A stretch of DNA of 64,000 bases from an uncultured Actinomycetota bacterium (GTDB lineage: Bacteria > Actinomycetota > Thermoleophilia > RBG-16-64-13). Below, in pieces: positions 29,734-39,823 of this stretch. The notes beneath the pieces were generated by a model. It was not told where the DNA came from, did not search any database, and worked only from the letters and a program-made list of their open reading frames with translations. Numbering within the stretch: the first letter of the stretch is position 1; each line of letters begins with the position of its first letter. A program made the translations under genes and the position numbers. The stretch covers positions 3,691 to 67,690 of the forward strand of contig CAWJKE010000009.1 in assembly GCA_963843455.1 (NCBI GenBank), given 5' to 3'.

Positions 29734-30755
29734 GCGAGCCGGTCGTCCAGCTGATCTTCCTCCTCATCAAGGCGATCTTGATGTCGGTGCTCATCGTCAC
29801 GATGGTCGCTTTCATCATCTACTTCGAACGCAAGTTCGCCGGGTTCTTCCAGGCGCGTGTGGGTCCCACCTACCTGGGCCCGGCGGGCGCGTTCCAGTCC
29901 TTCGGCGACATCCTGAAGTTGCTCTCCAAGGAGGACCTGATTCCCGCGGGCGCGGACAAGATCGTCTTCCGGATCGCCCCCTACATCATCTTCGTCCCCG
30001 CCTTCCTGGTCATGGCGGTGCTGCCGTTCGGGCCGGTGGGGGGCGAGCCGAACCTCTTCGGCTACCGCTTCGACTACGTCATCGCGAACTTCGACGCGGG
30101 GCTCGTGTTGCTCCTCGCCATGGGGGGCATCGCGGTGTATGGGGTAGTGCTGGCCGGGTGGTCGTCCAACAGCAACTTCTCCCTGCTCGGCGGGCTCCGC
30201 GCGGGCGCTCAGATGATCTCCTACGAACTGGCCATGGGCTTCTCGGCTGTCGGCGTCGTGCTGATGGCCGGCTCGTTGAACCTCACCAAGATCGTCGACG
30301 GGCAGGCCGGCAACTTCTGGGACTGGTACTGGGCTCCGCAGATCGTCGGACTCGTGATCTTCTTTATCGCCACCCTTGCCGAACTCAACCGCACGCCCTT
30401 CGACCTGGCCGAGGCCGAGCAAGAACTGGTCGCCGGGTACCTGACCGAGTACTCGGGTATGCGCTGGGGCGTCTTCATGTTCGCGGAATACGTCAACCTC
30501 GTGGTGCTCTCGGGCATCGTCGCCACCCTCTACTTTGGGGGCTGGCGCTCGCCGCTGGAAGCTCTCGCGTTCATCCCCGGGCCCATCTGGCTCTTCTTGA
30601 AGATCTGCGTGATGGTCTTCATCTACATGTGGGTGCGCTGGACCATCTTCCGCTACCGGTACAACCAACTGATGTCCATAGGCTGGAAGGTGCTACTGCC
30701 TTTGTCGATCGTCAATCTGGCCGTCACGGCCATCGTCATCTCGATAGTGGGCTGA
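29730..30755 (+). CDS. nuoH: Complex I subunit H
   Basis: ERK...FQARVGP, KLLSKED, NRTPFDLAEAEQEL.AGY.TEYSG. Confidence 0.95.
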   Translation: MSEPVVQLIFLLIKAILMSVLIVTMVAFIIYFERKFAGFFQARVGPTYLGPAGAFQSFGDILKLLSKEDLIPAGADKIVFRIAPYIIFVPAFLVMAVLPFGPVGGEPNLFGYRFDYVIANFDAGLVLLLAMGGIAVYGVVLAGWSSNSNFSLLGGLRAGAQMISYELAMGFSAVGVVLMAGSLNLTKIVDGQAGNFWDWYWAPQIVGLVIFFIATLAELNRTPFDLAEAEQELVAGYLTEYSGMRWGVFMFAEYVNLVVLSGIVATLYFGGWRSPLEALAFIPGPIWLFLKICVMVFIYMWVRWTIFRYRYNQLMSIGWKVLLPLSIVNLAVTAIVISIVG

Positions 30756-30756
30756 T

Positions 30757-31239
30757 ATGGGCCTGATAGATCTCGTCAAGAAAGCGGTCTTCGTCGACAT
30801 CCTCCGGGGGATGTCGGTCACCGGCACCTACTTCGTGGTGGACAAGGTCACCGTTGAGTACCCCAAGGAGAAGCTGCAGACCTACCCGCGCTTCCGGGGC
30901 ATCCACGCCCTCCTCACCGATCCGGCCACCGGCGACGCCAAGTGCGTGGCCTGCATGCTGTGCCCCACTATCTGCCCTTCGCAGTGCATCCACGTGGAGG
31001 GTGAAGAGACTCCCGACGGCCGCAGCCACGCCCTCCGCTTCGACCTCGACCTGGCTCGATGTGTCTTCTGCGGCATGTGCGAAGAGGTGTGCCCTGTGGC
31101 GGCGATCGTGATGACCCGGTTCTACGAGGGCAGCACGTTCGACAAGCGCGATTTCCTGCTCACCAAGGAAGCGCTCATGGCCAACGAGGTGTATGCCCAC
31201 AAAGAAGTGTACGTGGTGCCGGCCGGAGAGGGGCGCTGA
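30757..31239 (+). CDS. nuoI: Complex I subunit I
   Basis: YPKE, RFRG.H, CVACMLCPTICP, CVFCGMCEEVCP. Confidence 0.95.
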   Translation: MGLIDLVKKAVFVDILRGMSVTGTYFVVDKVTVEYPKEKLQTYPRFRGIHALLTDPATGDAKCVACMLCPTICPSQCIHVEGEETPDGRSHALRFDLDLARCVFCGMCEEVCPVAAIVMTRFYEGSTFDKRDFLLTKEALMANEVYAHKEVYVVPAGEGR

Positions 31240-31244
31240 GCGGC

Positions 31245-31832
31245 ATGGCCGACAAGATCCTCTTCATAGTGTTCGGGGCCTTCGCGGTGATCGGTGCGCT
31301 GGGCACCATCACCCGGAAGAACGTCATCCACGCCCTGCTGCTGCTGGTGTTCACGTTCCTCAACGTGGCCGGCATCTTCTTCCTCACTCAGGCCTACTTC
31401 GTGGCCATGATCCAGATCCTGGTCTACGCCGGCGCCATCATGGTGCTGTTCGTGTTCGTCATCATGTTCCTCAACCTGCGCACCTTCCAGGAGGAGGAGC
31501 AGACGCATCGGCGGCAGCGCTGGATCGCTCTGGTCCTCGCCGTCCTGGTGCTGGTCGAGTTCGTGGTGGTGCTGGCCGGTATCACCTTCACCTCGGCCAA
31601 GGGCGGCTTCTCCCCCGCGCAGGTCGATGCAGCCGGTGGCAACAGCAAGGCGTTCGGGGAAGCGCTGTTCAACAACATGTTGCTGCCCTTCGAGGTGGCT
31701 TCCGTGATCCTGCTCGTGGCCATGGTCGGCGCGATCATCCTCGTGAAGAAGGAGAGGGCCGGACAGTTGGCCACCCGGGCGTGGGAGCCAGGCGCCGAGA
31801 CGAGCGCCGAGATGATCGAGGAGGAGGTGTAG
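31245..31832 (+). CDS. nuoJ: Complex I subunit J
   Basis: QILVYAGAIMVLFVFVIM, LPFE..S..LLVAMVGAI. Confidence 0.95.
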   Translation: MADKILFIVFGAFAVIGALGTITRKNVIHALLLLVFTFLNVAGIFFLTQAYFVAMIQILVYAGAIMVLFVFVIMFLNLRTFQEEEQTHRRQRWIALVLAVLVLVEFVVVLAGITFTSAKGGFSPAQVDAAGGNSKAFGEALFNNMLLPFEVASVILLVAMVGAIILVKKERAGQLATRAWEPGAETSAEMIEEEV

Positions 31833-31837
31833 CCGGG

Positions 31838-32164
31838 ATGAACACCGTTCCAGGAGGCATCCCCATACCGGTCGACTGGTATCTCTACCTCTCGGCCGCC
31901 CTCTTCATGATCGGCGCGGTCGGGGTGCTCACGCGCCGCAACCTCTTCATCATCCTGTTCTCGGTCGAGTTGATGATGAACGCGGTCAACATCAACCTGG
32001 TGGGCTTCAGCGGCTTCCACCAGAACATGACCGGGCAGAACTTCGTGCTTTTCACCATGGCGGTGGCCGCCGCTGAGGCGGCGGTGGGACTGGCCATAGC
32101 CACCTCGCTTTTCCGCAACCGGCAGACTCTGATGGTCGACCTCTTCGACACCATGAAGGGCTAG
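31838..32164 (+). CDS. nuoK: Complex I subunit K
   Basis: RRNL..ILFSVELMMNA, VAAAEAAVGLA. Confidence 0.95.
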   Translation: MNTVPGGIPIPVDWYLYLSAALFMIGAVGVLTRRNLFIILFSVELMMNAVNINLVGFSGFHQNMTGQNFVLFTMAVAAAEAAVGLAIATSLFRNRQTLMVDLFDTMKG

Positions 32165-32173
32165 GGGAGGCGC

Positions 32174-34081
32174 GTGGAGAGCTATATCTGGCTCATACCG
32201 GTCCTGCCGCTGGCGGCCTTCATCCTTACCCTGATACTGGGCAAGTGGTGGATCAAAGAACAATCCCACTGGCTTGCCATCCTGGCGATGGCCGGGTCGT
32301 TCGGGCTGTCCATCGCCGCGTTCGTCCAGATCCGGGGGGCCGAGGAGCCGGTGGTCGTGGACCTGTGGAAGTGGATCTCGGTGGGGAGCTTCCAGGTGCC
32401 CTTCGGCTTCCAGGTGGATCAACTCACCAGCGTCATGCTGCTCGTGGTGACCGGCGTGGGACTGCTGATCTTCATATACTCCAAGGGGTACATGCACGCC
32501 GACCCCGGGTATTACCGGTTCTTCGCCTACCTGAGCCTGTTCGCGTTCAGCATGCTGATCCTGGTGATGGCGAACAACTATCTGCTTCTCTACTTCGGCT
32601 GGGAAGCGGTGGGGCTCTGCTCCTACTACCTGATCGGCTACTACTATCACAAGCCCGAGGCAGCGGCCGCCGGCAAGAAGGCTTTCATCGTGAACCGGGT
32701 GGGCGACTTCGGCTTCGGCCTGGGCGTGATGTTCATCTTCGTCGTGTTTGGCACGCTCAACTACACGGGCGTGTTCGAGCAGATCGGCGAGGGGGTGGGC
32801 AGCGAGACGGCGCTTATCGTGATCGCCCTGCTCCTGTTCATGGGGGCCATGGGTAAGTCGGCCCAGTTCCCGTTGCACGTCTGGCTACCCGACGCCATGG
32901 AGGGCCCCACCCCGGTGTCGGCCCTCATCCACGCCGCCACCATGGTGACCGCCGGCGTCTACATGGTCGCCCGCAGCTCGGTGCTCTTTGCGAGCGCGCC
33001 GGGGGTGCTGCTCTTTGTCGGCGCGGTCGGCGCCTTCACCGCCATATTCGCCGCGGTCATCGGTATCGCCCAGAAGGACATCAAGAAGGTCCTTGCCTAC
33101 TCCACCGTCTCGCAACTCGGTTACATGTTCATGGCCCTGGGCGTGGGGGCCTGGTCGGCGGCCATATTCCACCTCGTCGCCCACGCGTTCTTCAAGGCCC
33201 TCTTGTTCCTCGGCGCAGGGTCGGTAATCCACTCGATGGGCGGCGAGCAGGATATGGGCTGCATGGGCGGCCTGGCCCGGCGCATCCCGGTGACCTGGCT
33301 CACTTTCATGGCCGGCGGCCTGGCCCTGGCCGGGATATTCCCCTTCGCAGGCTTTTGGTCGAAGGACGAGATCCTGGGTAAGAACTTCCAGGCTGGCGTC
33401 TACGTCATCTGGGCCGTCGGCATCATCGCCGCGGGCATCACGGCCTTCTACACCTTCCGGATGATCTTCGTGACCTTCTGGGGCAAGGAGACCCGGTCCG
33501 ACGCGACAACCTGCGCTCACATCCACGAAAGTCCCCGCTCGATGACCGTGCCGCTCATCCTGCTGGGCGTGGCCTCGACGCTGGGCGGCTTTCTCGGTCT
33601 GCCGGGCGCCTGGGGATCTATCCAGAAGTTCCTGGAGCCGGTCTTCGTCCAGGCCAACGCTATCCTGGGGCTCGAGGAGATGGCGGTAGAGCCGCTCGAT
33701 ATCTATCTGATGCTGGTGTCGTTGGTGGTGGCCTTGCTCGGGGTGGGGCTCGCCTGGTACGTCTATGTCCGCCGAGCGGACGACCTTCCCGCTACCCTGG
33801 GCGCCCGATTCGGCGCTACTTACCGGATCGTCTACAACAAGTTCTACATAGACGAGTTCTACCAGGCCACGTTCGTGCGGCTGGCCGTAGACGGATCGAG
33901 CTGGCTGTGGCACCACTTCGACGAGAAGATCATTGACGGCTCGGTCAATGGCGTGGGTTGGCTGTGGCAGCGCGCGGGCGCACTCGCCCGACCCATCCAG
34001 ACGGGGCGGGTGCAGAACTACATGCTCGCAATCTTCATCGGATTGTTTGTCGCGGTGACCCTGGTGGTGGTGCTCAGATGA
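32174..34081 (+). CDS. nuoL: Complex I subunit L
   Basis: GWEAVGLCSY, GKSAQFPLHVWLPDAMEGPTPVSALIHAATMV, KKVLAYST. Confidence 0.96.
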   Translation: MESYIWLIPVLPLAAFILTLILGKWWIKEQSHWLAILAMAGSFGLSIAAFVQIRGAEEPVVVDLWKWISVGSFQVPFGFQVDQLTSVMLLVVTGVGLLIFIYSKGYMHADPGYYRFFAYLSLFAFSMLILVMANNYLLLYFGWEAVGLCSYYLIGYYYHKPEAAAAGKKAFIVNRVGDFGFGLGVMFIFVVFGTLNYTGVFEQIGEGVGSETALIVIALLLFMGAMGKSAQFPLHVWLPDAMEGPTPVSALIHAATMVTAGVYMVARSSVLFASAPGVLLFVGAVGAFTAIFAAVIGIAQKDIKKVLAYSTVSQLGYMFMALGVGAWSAAIFHLVAHAFFKALLFLGAGSVIHSMGGEQDMGCMGGLARRIPVTWLTFMAGGLALAGIFPFAGFWSKDEILGKNFQAGVYVIWAVGIIAAGITAFYTFRMIFVTFWGKETRSDATTCAHIHESPRSMTVPLILLGVASTLGGFLGLPGAWGSIQKFLEPVFVQANAILGLEEMAVEPLDIYLMLVSLVVALLGVGLAWYVYVRRADDLPATLGARFGATYRIVYNKFYIDEFYQATFVRLAVDGSSWLWHHFDEKIIDGSVNGVGWLWQRAGALARPIQTGRVQNYMLAIFIGLFVAVTLVVVLR

Positions 34082-35607
34082 TGCTCACCATCCTCACCTT
34101 CCTGCCCGTGGCCGGCGCGTTGCTCATGCTCATCTTCATGCGCGGCCGACCGAGCGCGTACAAGCTCACCGCGCTCGTGACCACCGTCATCACGCTGGCT
34201 CTCGCCATCTATCTGGCCGCTCAGTTCCAGAGCGGCACCGCCGACTTCCAGTTCCAGGAGAACGTCGCCTGGATCCCCAGCCTGGGGATCTCCTACCATC
34301 TGGGCGTCGACGGTATCTCGCTTCTGCTGATATTGCTTACCACGCTGCTGTCGGCGGTGGCCATCCTGGGCACGTGGAACTCCATCAAGGACCGCGGGCT
34401 GGGCTTCTTCATCAGTCTGCTGGTGCTCGAGACCGGCATGCTCGGGGTGTTCGTGTCCATGGATCTCTTCCTGTTCTACGTGTTCTGGGAGATCCAGCTC
34501 ATCCCCATGTACTTCATCATCGGTCTGTGGGGCGGCGCGCGCAGGATCTACGCGGCCATCAAGTTCTTCCTGTACACCTTCATCGGCTCGGTGCTGATGC
34601 TGGTTGCCATCCTGGCCATCGTGTGGTGGTACTCGAGCCACGGAGGGACGCTCACCTTCGACATCCTGACCCTGCAGCAGGCAGGATTCTCCGGATCGAT
34701 CGCCGTGTGGTCGTTCGCCGCCTTCTTCATCGCCTTCGCCATCAAGGTGCCGATGTTCCCGGTGCACACCTGGTTGCCCGACGCCCACACCGAGGCGCCC
34801 ACCGCCGGCTCGGTCATCCTGGCCGGCGTGCTTCTCAAGATGGGTGTCTACGGAATGATCCGCTTCTGCGTGGGCTTCTTCCCGGAGGTGGCGGTGCAGG
34901 CGATGGTGCCTGTGGCCATCCTGTCGGTGATCGCAATAGTCTATGGAGCGGCCATGTCGCTGGTGCAGCCCGACATGAAGCGGCTGGTCGCGTACTCGTC
35001 GGTGAGCCACATGGGGTTCGTCACGCTGGGGCTGTTCACCTTCAATATGCAGGGCGTCCAGGGCGCCATCATCCAGATGGTCAGCCACGGCATCCTCACC
35101 GGGGCCCTGTTCATGATGGTGGGCTTCTTCTACGATCGCACCCATACCCGGCTCATCAAGGACTACGGCGGTCTGGCCAGACCGATGCCGGTGGCGGCCG
35201 CGTTCTTCAGCCTCTTCGTGGTTGGAAGCCTGGGCCTGCCCGGCTTGAGCGGATTCGTGGGCGAGTTCCTGATCCTGGTCGGGACCTTCCAGTACGTGAA
35301 GGTGTTCGCCGTGCTTGCTTCGATAGCGATAATCCTCGGCGCGGCCTACCTGCTCTGGATGTACCAGCGGACCATGTTCCAGCAGTCCAACGAGAAGTGG
35401 CTCTCCCTGAAAGACCTGGGGTTGCGTGAGATCGTCACGCTCGTGCCCCTCGTGGGCATGGCGGTCTGGATCGGCTTGTACCCGCACACCTTCCTGAACA
35501 TGATCGACGCCCCCGCCCAAAACATCATCTCGCAGGTGCAGCCCTACCTGGCCGAGCACGGCGGGGGCCTGCTCAAGCTGACGGCCGCCTTGTTCGGGGG
35601 GAACTAG
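34078..35607 (+). CDS. nuoM: Complex I subunit M
   Basis: LGVDGIS, FAIKVPMFPVHTWLPDAHTEAP, LLKMG, DMKRLVAYSS. Confidence 0.96.
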   Translation: MMLTILTFLPVAGALLMLIFMRGRPSAYKLTALVTTVITLALAIYLAAQFQSGTADFQFQENVAWIPSLGISYHLGVDGISLLLILLTTLLSAVAILGTWNSIKDRGLGFFISLLVLETGMLGVFVSMDLFLFYVFWEIQLIPMYFIIGLWGGARRIYAAIKFFLYTFIGSVLMLVAILAIVWWYSSHGGTLTFDILTLQQAGFSGSIAVWSFAAFFIAFAIKVPMFPVHTWLPDAHTEAPTAGSVILAGVLLKMGVYGMIRFCVGFFPEVAVQAMVPVAILSVIAIVYGAAMSLVQPDMKRLVAYSSVSHMGFVTLGLFTFNMQGVQGAIIQMVSHGILTGALFMMVGFFYDRTHTRLIKDYGGLARPMPVAAAFFSLFVVGSLGLPGLSGFVGEFLILVGTFQYVKVFAVLASIAIILGAAYLLWMYQRTMFQQSNEKWLSLKDLGLREIVTLVPLVGMAVWIGLYPHTFLNMIDAPAQNIISQVQPYLAEHGGGLLKLTAALFGGN

Positions 35608-37134
35608 ATGCAGGCTTCCGACATCATCGCCATCCTCCCGGAACTGATCCTCCTGGCGGCGACGCTCGCCATCCTGCTGGTGGAGCCCCTCCTCAAACCG
35701 GCGACGAGCGCCGCGGAGGCCGGCGAATCCGGCGGCCAGACCGAGGCTGCTGCGGGCGGGGCCGCGCCCGATAGGACGCCGATCATAGCCATCGCCTTGA
35801 CCGGGCTGGTGGCGTCGATAGTGGTGTCGCTGGTCCTATCGGGCCAGACGCGCACGGCCTTTGCAGGCATGTTGACCCTCGACAGCTGGGCCATCTTCTT
35901 CAAGGTCCTGTTCGGGATGACGGGTCTGGTCACGGTACTCATGTCGACCGGGTACCTGGAAGCGCACCGGCGCCATCTGGGCGAGTACTACGCTCTGCTC
36001 CTCTTCGCGGTGATAGGCCTGGACCTGATGGTCGCGTCCCGAGATTTCATCCTCTTCTACGTCGCGTTTGAGCTTATGTCCATCAGCAGCTACCTGCTTG
36101 CCGCCCACTTCCGTTACCGGCTCCGTTCCAACGAGGCCTCGCTCAAGTATTTCCTGACCGGGGCGTTCGCCTCGGCGATCATGCTCTACGGCATCTCGCT
36201 CGCCTATGGCGAGACCGGGTCGACCAACTACCATGCCATAGGGCAGGCGCTCGGAGCCGAAGGGGGCAGCGCAGCGGTGCTGTTCGCTGTTCTTCTTATC
36301 GGGATAGGTCTGGCCTTCAAGGTCTCGGCGGCGCCCTTCCACATGTGGACCCCCGACGTCTACCAGGGAGCGCCCACCCCGGTCACCGGCTTTTTCGCGG
36401 CTGGGCCCAAGACCGCGGCCTTCGGGGTCTTCATCGCGGCCTTCGTCCTGGCGTTCCCGGGGGCCGCCCGCGAATGGGGCGTCTTCTTCATCGTGCTCTC
36501 GGTGATCACCATGGTGGTGGGCAACGTGTTCGCCCTGGTGCAGACCAACATCAAGCGTATGCTCGCCTACTCCTCCATCGCTCACGCCGGCTACATTCTC
36601 GGCGGGCTGGGAGCGATGGGCTGGAGCCTCAATACCTACCCGGGGATGGGCGTGCTGATCTATCTGACGGCCTACACGTTCATGAACCTGGGCGCGTTCG
36701 GTGTGCTGGCCTATCTCAAGTCTCAGAACCCTGCCAAGTTCGACTACTCCCTCAAGCAGTTCGCGGGGCTGGGCAGACGCTCTCCCTGGGCCGCGGCGCT
36801 GCTGTCGCTGTTCCTGCTCTCGCTCGCCGGCATACCGGGCACCGCAGGGTTCATCGGCAAGTTCTACGTGTTCGGCGGGATGGTCCGGGCGGATCTCGTC
36901 TGGCTGGCAGTCGTCGGAGTGGTGCTCAGCGCGGTCTCTGCCTACTACTACCTGCGGGTGATCGTCTACATGTTCTTCCGGGAGCCGGAGGAGGACTTGG
37001 CAATGCGCCATCCGATCTCGGGAAGCATGGCGGCCGCTCTCACCATCACCGCGGTGGCGACTCTCGCCATCGGCATTGTGCCGTCTCGCTTGTGGGACGC
37101 TGTGGTGAACGCCTTCGCGGCGCTGTTCAGCTGA
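35608..37134 (+). CDS. nuoN: Complex I subunit N
   Basis: EASLKYF, FKVSAAPFHMWTPDVYQGAP, NIKRMLAYSSIAH, GFIGKF. Confidence 0.96.
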   Translation: MQASDIIAILPELILLAATLAILLVEPLLKPATSAAEAGESGGQTEAAAGGAAPDRTPIIAIALTGLVASIVVSLVLSGQTRTAFAGMLTLDSWAIFFKVLFGMTGLVTVLMSTGYLEAHRRHLGEYYALLLFAVIGLDLMVASRDFILFYVAFELMSISSYLLAAHFRYRLRSNEASLKYFLTGAFASAIMLYGISLAYGETGSTNYHAIGQALGAEGGSAAVLFAVLLIGIGLAFKVSAAPFHMWTPDVYQGAPTPVTGFFAAGPKTAAFGVFIAAFVLAFPGAAREWGVFFIVLSVITMVVGNVFALVQTNIKRMLAYSSIAHAGYILGGLGAMGWSLNTYPGMGVLIYLTAYTFMNLGAFGVLAYLKSQNPAKFDYSLKQFAGLGRRSPWAAALLSLFLLSLAGIPGTAGFIGKFYVFGGMVRADLVWLAVVGVVLSAVSAYYYLRVIVYMFFREPEEDLAMRHPISGSMAAALTITAVATLAIGIVPSRLWDAVVNAFAALFS

Positions 37135-37189
37135 CGCTCAGAGCGGCAGCGCCTGCGGCATCTCGCGCGCGTCCCGCGTAGGAGGTCAC

Positions 37190-38548
37190 GTGCTTCTTCT
37201 CGCCGACTGGGTGGTGCCCATTAGCTCGGCGCCCCTGGCCGAGGCGGGCGTGCGCGTGGTGGGGGGGACGATCGCGGAGGTGGCGCCCGCCGCGGAGCTG
37301 CGGGCCCGGTGGGGGGACGACGAGATCAGGTCGTTCCTGGGATGCGCGCTCCTGCCCGGCTTCGTCAACGCCCATACCCACCTCGAATTGTCGGCCTTTC
37401 GCGGTTTCGCCCGGCCATCGGGCTTCGGCTCCTGGATGCTGCATCTGCTCCTGGCCCGCCGCAAGCTCGATCCGGCCGACTACCAAGCCGCGGCGCTGTG
37501 GGGGGCGTACGAATGCCTGCGTTGCGGCATTACTTCACTTGCCGATACCGCGTACGACGGCGCGACGGTGGCGCGTGCCGTTGGCGTAGCCGGCCTGCGC
37601 GCCCGCGTCTATCAGGAAGTCTTCGGGCTCGACGACGCGGTCCTCCCTGCCACCATGGAGCGATTGGAGTCGGCCGTCGGCTGGTTGCAGGCTGAAGCGG
37701 CCGGAGCGGCGCCCCTCGTCGAGGCCGGGGTCTCGCCGCACGCACCCTACACGGTCTCGGCCCGTCTCTATCGGGAGGCGGCGCGCTTCGCGCGCCGCGC
37801 CGGCCTGCGCCTCGCCACCCATGTCGCCGAATCGCCGGCCGAGGTGGAACTGCTCGCGCGCGGCACCGGCGCGATAGCCCGGGCCTACCGGACCGCGCAG
37901 ATGTGGACCGACGGCGACTGGAGGCCCTCGGGGCTTCGGCCCGTAGCCTACGTCGGGGCTGCCGGGGCTCTGGGCACCGAGACGCTGGCCATCCACGCGG
38001 TCCAGGTGAATGCCGAGGAGGTCGGGGCCATAGCCTCACGCGGGACCGCCGTGGCGCACTGTCCGCGCTCGAATGCTCGGCTGCGCTGCGGGACGGCCCC
38101 CGTGGCCGATCTACTGGGGGCGGGCGTGCTCGTCGGGCTTGGTACCGACAGCCTGGCCTCCAACGACTCCTTTGACATGTTCGCCGAGATGCGTGCGGCG
38201 CTGGAGGCGGGGCAACGGCGGGCGGCCACCGTGGGCTCGCTCCCCGTCACGGCCGCGCAAGTGCTGGGGATGGCCACCCTCGAGGGAGCCCGCGCTCTGG
38301 GATGGGCAGCGCAGACCGGCAGCCTCGAGCCGGGCAAGAGCGCGGACGTGATCGCCGTGCACGTACCGGGCACAGACGGGCCGCCCGCAACCACGGGCCT
38401 CCCGGCTTCGCTCGTGCAGTCGGCCTGCGCTGCGGACGTGCGCATGACGATGGTGGCAGGCACGGTGCTGTACGAGGGGGGAACGACGGCGCCCGCGGTC
38501 GCGTCCGGCATTCGAACAGCGCGCGGCAAACTGGGGTTGACGGGATGA
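37190..38548 (+). CDS. Amidohydrolase, MTA/SAH-deaminase (MtaD)-like
   Basis: PGFVNAHTHL, HAPYT, HVAE, GTDS..SN, GSLEPGKSAD. Confidence 0.85.
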   Translation: MLLLADWVVPISSAPLAEAGVRVVGGTIAEVAPAAELRARWGDDEIRSFLGCALLPGFVNAHTHLELSAFRGFARPSGFGSWMLHLLLARRKLDPADYQAAALWGAYECLRCGITSLADTAYDGATVARAVGVAGLRARVYQEVFGLDDAVLPATMERLESAVGWLQAEAAGAAPLVEAGVSPHAPYTVSARLYREAARFARRAGLRLATHVAESPAEVELLARGTGAIARAYRTAQMWTDGDWRPSGLRPVAYVGAAGALGTETLAIHAVQVNAEEVGAIASRGTAVAHCPRSNARLRCGTAPVADLLGAGVLVGLGTDSLASNDSFDMFAEMRAALEAGQRRAATVGSLPVTAAQVLGMATLEGARALGWAAQTGSLEPGKSADVIAVHVPGTDGPPATTGLPASLVQSACAADVRMTMVAGTVLYEGGTTAPAVASGIRTARGKLGLTG

Positions 38549-38725
38549 GATGGCGGCGGTAGCTGTCACTTCGGCCGCTCCGACCCGCGCCCCCGTCAGA
38601 GGACCTTCGCGAAGTGGTGGCGACTTCCCGATTAAGGCATAATCTGTCGGGCGACATGCGGCCCGGGCTGCGATCCGGTCCTCCTGGGCCGGGACTCGCG
38701 CCCGGACAAGATGAGGTGATCATAG

Positions 38726-39406
38726 TTGCTTCTCGATCGTAGACGAATCAGAAGGTGGGCGAAATGGGTCGCCCTGTTCTTGGCAGTGATCTTCGCGCTT
38801 AGTTTCCTACTCCTGGGGGTGGGCTACGGCGGAGGCGCTGGGCTCAATATCTTCGACCTCTTCGGCAATAAGAACTCCTCCACCAACACCACGCTCGGTG
38901 AGGATCAAAGGATCGCGGCGCTCAATGCCAAGCTGGCGCTGAACCCAAAGGACGTGACCACCCTTCTGGCGCTGGCCACCATCTACCAGCAGAACGATCA
39001 GTTGGGCTCGGCGGCCACTTTTTTGGAGCAGGTCATAGCGGCCGACCCCAGCCAGAAGGCGGTGTACATCCGTCTGGCCGACATATATATGAGCAACAAC
39101 CTGTCCAACTACGCAGCCGCGGTGGCCGTGCTCAACAAGGCCATATCCGTCGATCCCCAGAATCCGGATCTCTTTCTCAAGCTCGGCATCGCTCAGAACA
39201 AACTGGGCAACACCAGCGGCGCCCTGCTCGCCTGGCAGAGATACCTGGCCCTCGCCCCCAACGGTAGCCAAGCGCCCTTGATAAGGGAGCAAGTGGACAA
39301 GTTGAGCAAGCTGGCGACCACCACGACCACCACCGCGGGGTCTACCAGCACGACCACCGGGTCTACCTCCAGTACCGCGTCCACCACGACCACGACGAAG
39401 CCGTAA
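38726..39406 (+). CDS. Membrane-anchored TPR protein with Thr-rich C-tail
   Basis: N-terminal TM, TPR helices, TTTTTTAGSTSTTTGSTSSTASTTTTTKP. Confidence 0.8.
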   Translation: MLLDRRRIRRWAKWVALFLAVIFALSFLLLGVGYGGGAGLNIFDLFGNKNSSTNTTLGEDQRIAALNAKLALNPKDVTTLLALATIYQQNDQLGSAATFLEQVIAADPSQKAVYIRLADIYMSNNLSNYAAAVAVLNKAISVDPQNPDLFLKLGIAQNKLGNTSGALLAWQRYLALAPNGSQAPLIREQVDKLSKLATTTTTTAGSTSTTTGSTSSTASTTTTTKP

Positions 39407-39409
39407 GCC

Positions 39410-39745
39410 GTGAATCTCTCCATCATCACCGAGACTCGGGAAGATTGTTTCGTCATGCACGTCAGCGGAGATCTGGACGTGTACACGGCTCCGCAATTGA
39501 AGGAAGCTCTTGACAACGTGGGCCTGGCCGGCAACGCGATCGTCCTGGATCTGGCTGCGGTCCATTTCATCGATTCGACCGCTCTTGGGGTCCTTGTCGC
39601 CGAACTGCAGCAGAGCCGGGCCCATGGCGGCGAACTCAGCTTGGTCGTGGACGACCCGCATCTTCTCAAGATCTTCCGGATCACCGGGTTTGACAGTCTC
39701 TTTTCGATATTCCCCCAGGTCGCCGACGCTCTCGCCTCAGTCTGA
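39410..39745 (+). CDS. STAS anti-sigma-factor antagonist (RsbV/BldG-like)
   Basis: GDLDVYTAPQLK, FIDSTALG phospho-Ser motif. Confidence 0.9.
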   Translation: MNLSIITETREDCFVMHVSGDLDVYTAPQLKEALDNVGLAGNAIVLDLAAVHFIDSTALGVLVAELQQSRAHGGELSLVVDDPHLLKIFRITGFDSLFSIFPQVADALASV

Positions 39746-39823
39746 CGTGGGCTGCCGACGGGAACCCCGTCAGGCGTGCTATCTTTCGGCTTCGCAAACG
39801 CCGGGCGACGAGGAGCCGCTTTC

